Origin: Candidatus Krumholzibacteriia bacterium
GTDB lineage: Bacteria; Krumholzibacteriota; Krumholzibacteriia; WVZY01; JAKEHA01
Direction of reading: 5' to 3'
NCBI GenBank assembly: GCA_036273975.1
Contig: DASUGO010000106.1
Location: forward strand, 4,943 to 68,942
DNA: 64,000 nucleotides
Shown here: positions 58,593-64,000 of the stretch, piece after piece
Layout: every line of letters begins with the position of its first letter
Position numbering within the stretch: position 1 is the stretch's first letter
Program-made: the position numbers and the translations under genes
The notes under the pieces: model-generated
Told to the model about the DNA's origin: nothing
Database searches by the model: none
Seen by the model: only the letters and a program-made list of their open reading frames with translations

Positions 58593-60155
58593 CTAGAGAA
58601 TGTCGTCTAAATACTTGACGACCCCCAGCCGCAAGCGGTGTGGAAAGACCAGCAAGAACAGGGGTAGGAGCTGAGGACACTGGCCAATACCCACCGGTAG
58701 TTCATCGGCGGCCTTCGCAGCCTCTTCAACCAGTTGCTTCCAGCTCTGCGTTTGATTCGGAAATCGACTCCGCAGTTCGCCGTGTCGTGCACGATACGTG
58801 TAATACTCCCAAGTATCCTTGGGCACAAACTCAGACATGTTGCTTCGACTTATCGGTCGCCACTTCGTTTCAAGGTATTTTCGCATGCCGCTTCGTACGG
58901 CAAGCGTGACCAGTGAGTCAAGCGCATACGAGTTGCCTGCAAATGTTTCATCCGCAGCCTCAACCGCGAGGCCCATCTGCCCCCGAACGATTGACTCGAG
59001 TTCGTAATACGGGCTCATCAGTTCATACTGGTCGTGCTCGTTGGCGGCGATAATCGAATTGATCAGTTTCTGCAAGAGCTTCATCGCCCACTCCACTTTC
59101 TCCGTCGCCTCAAGGTACCAGATGATGTTCAAGAAGCACGGAAACGCCGCTTCCGAGTACAGCATGAACGCTTCTTGATGCTGTTCGATGAACTGACTCG
59201 TATCATCGGATCTCCAATCCGACTTCCCCAAGAGCTTCCTGGTCAAGCCGAGAGCCGCCAAGTATCCAGCAATGAGTGTCGCCCGGTACCTAACAAACCG
59301 ACCGTCGAAGAAACTCGTTCCCATCAGCAGATCGGGGCTATTCGCTGCCTCTTTTTCGAGCTCCCCGAGCGCGCGTTCCACGCCCTCCAAACACAAGGAG
59401 ATAGTCGTCCTGAACTCTCCATAACTCCCTACTTTTTCTGCAAGAGCACAGGCCGTCGCCGCAACAATGACCAAGCTGTCGGCAACCGCCCACCAGTTCT
59501 TTTCCCGTTCGTGCGGGGCAATCAGATAGCTTCCGATCAGCAATCCACTAGCTGCAGCGCGGCAGCCATGTTTCGCATCTGTCTCGGTGTCGAGTCCCGT
59601 CAGGGACCGGAGAATCTGAGCGAGATCGCTTCTGGGAGCCGGAGCACGCCCATCGCGCGCATAAAGGTTAAGGAACGATCGCAGATCACTGACTTCCCGG
59701 GGCAAGAAGTGTTCGCTTGCATTCGTGAACTGAGTGAGCAATTGGCCCTTCACAAGCACATCGAGGGTGTTCCCTCCCGAACGCCTCCGGTCCTCGTTCC
59801 GGTCGTCGATCTGGCGTCTTACAGGATCTTTCAGATCTCCGGAGACGACCAGACAAGCTCGGTGGCGTTTGGACTTGTCGACGCTGGGGTGATGGATTGC
59901 AATATCGAGAAGCTCTTCAACCTCCCCGACTATCTGACGCCATCGGGCAAGTGTAATGTCTCCGACTTTCAGCTGGTAGGCGCACGGCGTACCGTCTGGA
60001 TGGATGGTGATGACGTCTTTGCCTTGCTCGTCCGGTCCGTGCGGAGACAGGTGCACTATCTCATGCCCTTGCAACGCGAGCAGCTGACAGAACGGGACCT
60101 GAAAGGCGCGCTCCTCGACATCAGTCAACCAGTTTTCGATTACCCTCTCGATCAT
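58593..60155 (-). CDS. Hypothetical 520-aa protein with a putative N-terminal PD-(D/E)xK-like nuclease motif
   Basis: In the first ~70 aa the N-terminus (VEERAF...HLSPHGPDEQGKDVITIHPDGTPCAYQLK) has an E...PD...Q-x-K arrangement reminiscent of restriction-endonuclease-fold nucleases. The rest is a long α-helical region. It lies in the lowest-GC part of the window. Confidence 0.4.
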   Translation of the reverse strand: MIERVIENWLTDVEERAFQVPFCQLLALQGHEIVHLSPHGPDEQGKDVITIHPDGTPCAYQLKVGDITLARWRQIVGEVEELLDIAIHHPSVDKSKRHRACLVVSGDLKDPVRRQIDDRNEDRRRSGGNTLDVLVKGQLLTQFTNASEHFLPREVSDLRSFLNLYARDGRAPAPRSDLAQILRSLTGLDTETDAKHGCRAAASGLLIGSYLIAPHEREKNWWAVADSLVIVAATACALAEKVGSYGEFRTTISLCLEGVERALGELEKEAANSPDLLMGTSFFDGRFVRYRATLIAGYLAALGLTRKLLGKSDWRSDDTSQFIEQHQEAFMLYSEAAFPCFLNIIWYLEATEKVEWAMKLLQKLINSIIAANEHDQYELMSPYYELESIVRGQMGLAVEAADETFAGNSYALDSLVTLAVRSGMRKYLETKWRPISRSNMSEFVPKDTWEYYTYRARHGELRSRFPNQTQSWKQLVEEAAKAADELPVGIGQCPQLLPLFLLVFPHRLRLGVVKYLDDIL

Positions 60156-60720
60156 GCCAGTCCTTCCGCTTGCGCTCCATCAACTCGGTAAAACGCCGCT
60201 TGCAGTCTTCCTTCTGTTCCCATGCGGGCATCTCCTTCCGGATGTGCGCACCCAATTCCGGACTAACGACGAGCGCCGGCATCTTCGGCTTTCCGCTTCC
60301 TTCATCAAAATCAATTTCCAAACGCTCCAGCGCTTCGAGAAACAGATCAAAGGAAAACGGCTTTCCGCATCCATCAACAGCGGTACCCGCTTCCTCAGAA
60401 ACACGCGATACAGTGGAATACATCATTCGGGCAAGGTTCCCCGCCATTTCCTCGGCGACTTTGTCAAACTTCTCCATGATCTCGGCAACAGATAGGTCTT
60501 TCAATTCCTCATGAGTTATCGTGAAGTCCACGCCGAGATCCTTGTAATCCATTTGACGCCGCCCACCCTCCACGGTTCTGTAGGCGCGCGTGTCTCCTTC
60601 GTGTTGCGCCGAACGCCCCACTGTCGCAAGGAATGGGTCGGCCGAATGAACGCGCGCGCGTACGCGCTGATTGACCAAGTTCATGAGTTCGCGATGTATC
60701 GCCGGGAAGTCTGGAAGCAT
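60121..60720 (-). CDS. Hypothetical 199-aa protein, overlapping upstream partner of the 520-aa gene
   Basis: An ORF co-oriented with the 520-aa gene and overlapping it by 35 nt. Acidic and helical, with no recognised motif. Confidence 0.35.
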   Translation of the reverse strand: MLPDFPAIHRELMNLVNQRVRARVHSADPFLATVGRSAQHEGDTRAYRTVEGGRRQMDYKDLGVDFTITHEELKDLSVAEIMEKFDKVAEEMAGNLARMMYSTVSRVSEEAGTAVDGCGKPFSFDLFLEALERLEIDFDEGSGKPKMPALVVSPELGAHIRKEMPAWEQKEDCKRRFTELMERKRKDWHDREGNRKLVD

Positions 60721-61264
60721 AGGTTCTTTCTTGTTCTAAGTCCTTTTGTGCATTTGGACGAGGGGCACACCGCGTCGGCTTTTCGCGGTGTCAGGCGCAT
60801 CTCCGTCCGGTTTCCTCTGCATCAGGAGGCCATTCGTTCTTAGAGCGGCAGCCGGGTCGGAGAACCATTCCAGGACATCCCGGCAGCGAACGGGAAAGTC
60901 ATGAACGAAGTCGCGGTAGTGCGTCATGGGAGCGGTGTCAGAGTCTATCGGGCGCGCTGCCCAGGGTCTAGCAAAACGCCCCGTTTCTGACCCATTTGCT
61001 GTACCGAGGGATAGCGCCCCGTCGGGGGGCTGGGATCGGCGTAACTGGCTTTGGGGGAATGTGATAGGCGGACCGCCCCGGGCGGTCGAGAGCCCCTGGA
61101 GGCCCAAACTAGCCCGTTTCTGAAAAACCCTTCTTACGGTCTACTTAGGGACAGCAGATTTCCCTCCATTATAGCGATCTGATAGAACGCATTAGGCGAA
61201 ATCGGGGGATAGCAGGGGGACAGCAGCGGTACAGCACGCGCCCGCTCGCCTTCTCCACGAGCAC

Positions 61265-61549
61265 TCACCGTCGCTTCGAGCGCGACGCGCGCTGCGCCCG
61301 TCGCCGCGCCGCACGGTTCATCGGTGCGTCGGCCGCCGGCGCATCGACCCCCGGGTGCTTGCGCCGAAACTCCACGGCCGCACACCGCTCGCACCAGTAC
61401 TCGCCGCCCGACATCGTGTAGCCGTCCTCTCCGAGGGAGATCACCACGTTGCATTTCGCGCAATGCGTGGGCTCGAACGCCGGCGGGTTCTCCAGCTTCT
61501 CGAAGTTGTATTCGTTGGTCCCGTAGTAGACGTACAGCTCCGTCTCCAA
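61265..61549 (-). CDS. Small zinc-ribbon-like protein (two CxxC pairs), hypothetical
   Basis: HCAKCNV...YWCERCAAV, followed by a basic tail. The call is tentative. Confidence 0.3.
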   Translation of the reverse strand: METELYVYYGTNEYNFEKLENPPAFEPTHCAKCNVVISLGEDGYTMSGGEYWCERCAAVEFRRKHPGVDAPAADAPMNRAARRRAQRASRSKRR

Positions 61550-61776
61550 CTCGCCGCGACATTGCTCGCAGTCCTGCCAGCGCCCGGCGTGCTCTTCCGC
61601 CCAATGGGACCCGCAGAGAGATCGAAGTTGGGGAGCAGGTCACTGCTTGAGGTGGAATGACGGGCACAAGCTCGATCTCGCCCCTCGAGGGCGCCGGGCG
61701 GGACCACTATACCTGAGGACATCATGCCCTTCGGCTTGCCGTACGAGCTAGAATACGCGAAACGAACAAGATCCGA

Positions 61777-64000
61777 CTACTGACCTCGCGGTGCCTTCTG
61801 AAGCTGCCGATCGAAGTCTGCGAGCATCTCCTTGATCTCCGCGTCGTCCGGGTGGCGTGTGAGCCACTCGGTCAGGTAGCCGCGCGCACGGTCGTACATT
61901 CCCGCGCGCACTCCAAGTGTGTAGCCCATCATGACGAGTTCCTGACTCTCCGGGTCCACGCGCAAGATGGGATCGATCAGCTCCAGCGCCGCGGGGTAAT
62001 CACCGATTTTCTCGTAAACACCCGCGAGCCGGTACATCAGCTGCATGTCACCCGGACTCTCGCGCAGGGCATCCAGATAGAACTGCACCGCCTGCGTGGT
62101 ATCGCCAGCATCGAGATAGTAGAGCCCCAGCAACTGGCGAGGCGGCTCGAGCTGCGGAGAAATCTGCCCCGACACTGCCATGTATCGCGCCGCCTGCTGG
62201 TAGTCCCCTTCCCGGTGCTTCTCATAGGCGAGCTGCACAAACGCGGCCGAGTAGTTCTGAATCAGGTGCTCGATGTACGGCTGCAGGTAGATACTGTTGT
62301 CCCGCTTCCAGTTCTTGTCGAGAATACCGCCGTAGGTGAACTCGTTGACGATACAATTCTCAAGCTTCGGCACGTTCACCATGTTCTCGCCCTTGCGACG
62401 CACCACCTTGTACGCCAACCCTTCCATCTCCAGAATGTCCCGGTATGGCGCAAAGGTGCTGGACGGGATCGTCACCGCAAAGTAGATGGGGCGCTCGAAC
62501 TTGTTCGTGCGAAGGATGTGGTCTACAGCGAGGTCGCGCGGTAGTAACCACCGATCCCCTGACGGGACCATCTCAATATTGTCGATTTGCTCGTCGCTCC
62601 AAGCGATAGGCACCCTTGGCTCGTTGTCCCGACACTGTTTCATATACCACGGCGTGCTGAGCAGGCTTAGATTCACGACGCGCACATCCTTCCGATACCC
62701 CTCCACCTCCTGGATGTACCATAGCGGAAACGTGTCATTATCGCCGTTGGTAAACAGAATGGCGTTCGGCTCCAAGCAAACAAGCATGTTGCGACCGTAC
62801 TCGGCGCAGGTGTGGTTCTTCGACCGGTCGTGCATGAAGTAGTGCTGCCGGAGCGTGGTGAAAGGCATCGCAAGCAGCAACGCAACGCACGCCACAGTGG
62901 TCGGAACCGCGTACCCGCCACGCGCAAACAGATTGCGAAGTTCCGCCAGCACACTGCACGCACCAATGCCGATATAGATCGCAAAGTAGTAGAATGCCGG
63001 GGAGTAGAAGTAGTCGCGCTCACGCACCTCGCTGTCTGAAAAATTCAGAAAGATGATCAACCCAACGCTCATTACCAGCAATGTTGTAAACAACATTATG
63101 AACGTCTTCCGATGCTTGGCAAACTGGTCGACCATACCCCAGATGCCGAGTCCCACAGGAATCAGCGAACCTAGGTTGACATTCCCGACGTACGCTTGGA
63201 ACATCTGGAACTGGGCTTGGAAGTACGCGTTGAAATGTTGAAATTGAAAGGCCCAGGTCGCCTTGCGATGGATCATACTGGTGGGCGGGTACTGCTCGCG
63301 GCGAATCACCGCGTACAGGTTGCGCCACGACTCCGGGTCCGCCTCATCGAGGGCAGGGTTGTGCAAAGAGCGTATGAGCAGCATGAGGTGCACGCTGAGA
63401 CCGAGGATGAAAAGCCCCGTGCATACGGCGGCGAACGGTCGACCACGACCGTAAAGCCAAATTGTAGCCGCCGCCAGCCCAACCAAAAAGAATAGCGTGA
63501 GCCCGCTGTCACGGTAGATGGTTACGTCAGCGACAAATATTCCCAACGCCCCGCTAGCAATGAACCACTCCAACGTGAAAAAAGGACGATCTTTCGACAT
63601 CAGCACGAAAACAAATATCCCCGAGAAGACGAGCACGGTGCCGAGGTGGAAGCCCACACTCAACGCGAGCAGGTAGAAGGTGAGATAAATAAGCGACGTC
63701 GACCGCGTCGTCTTGGGCATATCACCCCACTTGATGGTGAGCCAGGTCATGAAGCCCATGAACGCGGTGCTCATGCTGTAGACCTCGGCCTCTGTGGAGT
63801 TCGTCCAATAGGTGTCACTGAAAGCAAGGAACAGAGCCCCAGTCAACGCCCCACCAACACGCACAACCTGGTCCGCGGTCGTTTGACTGCGCCCCTGCAT
63901 GTCATCCAAAAGACGAACAATCAATGCGTAAACAAGGAGTACTCCGGCCGCGCCACAAAACGCGGAGAGGAGATTGACGCGTTGAGCTACCGAGAGAAAC
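61777..64000 (-). CDS. DUF2723-family integral membrane protein (putative glycosyltransferase) with C-terminal TPR repeats. The 5' end runs off the window.
   Basis: About 11 TM helices in the first ~450 aa with a DUF2723-like layout, then TPR repeats (YYLDAGDTTQAVQFYLDALRESPGDMQLMYRLAGVYEKIGDYPAALE). The frame stays open upstream of the annotated TTG to the window end (..LLSAFCGAAGVLLVYAL). Confidence 0.7.
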   Translation of the reverse strand, partial: FLSVAQRVNLLSAFCGAAGVLLVYALIVRLLDDMQGRSQTTADQVVRVGGALTGALFLAFSDTYWTNSTEAEVYSMSTAFMGFMTWLTIKWGDMPKTTRSTSLIYLTFYLLALSVGFHLGTVLVFSGIFVFVLMSKDRPFFTLEWFIASGALGIFVADVTIYRDSGLTLFFLVGLAAATIWLYGRGRPFAAVCTGLFILGLSVHLMLLIRSLHNPALDEADPESWRNLYAVIRREQYPPTSMIHRKATWAFQFQHFNAYFQAQFQMFQAYVGNVNLGSLIPVGLGIWGMVDQFAKHRKTFIMLFTTLLVMSVGLIIFLNFSDSEVRERDYFYSPAFYYFAIYIGIGACSVLAELRNLFARGGYAVPTTVACVALLLAMPFTTLRQHYFMHDRSKNHTCAEYGRNMLVCLEPNAILFTNGDNDTFPLWYIQEVEGYRKDVRVVNLSLLSTPWYMKQCRDNEPRVPIAWSDEQIDNIEMVPSGDRWLLPRDLAVDHILRTNKFERPIYFAVTIPSSTFAPYRDILEMEGLAYKVVRRKGENMVNVPKLENCIVNEFTYGGILDKNWKRDNSIYLQPYIEHLIQNYSAAFVQLAYEKHREGDYQQAARYMAVSGQISPQLEPPRQLLGLYYLDAGDTTQAVQFYLDALRESPGDMQLMYRLAGVYEKIGDYPAALELIDPILRVDPESQELVMMGYTLGVRAGMYDRARGYLTEWLTRHPDDAEIKEMLADFDRQLQKAPRGQ

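Overview
Very GC-rich bacterial window (roughly two-thirds G+C by eye) with compact, mostly minus-strand coding. Two σ54 activators plus several secreted proteins with Type IX secretion C-terminal sorting tails and a PorV/PorQ-like β-barrel suggest a high-GC FCB-group organism (Gemmatimonadota-like); this lineage call is inference.

Positions 1–46,000 are host housekeeping and envelope genes: glyQ/glyS, recO, mgtE, the phoH–pgpH–ybeY–CNNM cluster, aspS–hisS, a murein amidase and an M23 peptidase, an htrA–σ70-family operon with a clean intrinsic terminator, a T9SS cargo cluster, two σ54 activators, an ECF-σ/anti-σ envelope-stress cluster, and eno–ftsB.

From the initiator tRNA-fMet at 46,074 to about 61,200 lies a composite integrated mobile region. 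It contains a frameshifted large serine recombinase whose 3' end overlaps the tRNA, an XRE regulator, an orphan terminase large subunit, an intact tyrosine integrase with a degenerate duplicate of its own 3' end, and three compact cassettes of unknown function that look like candidate anti-phage modules:
- a Zn-ribbon / 2-TM / SIR2_2-like trio;
- a pol-β nucleotidyltransferase with a membrane-anchored permuted papain-fold (LRAT-like) protein, next to a GT51-like gene;
- a low-GC pair: a 520-aa protein with a putative N-terminal PD-(D/E)xK-like nuclease motif plus a 199-aa partner.

No CRISPR array or rRNA was seen. All domain calls come from motif recognition in the translations, not database searches.
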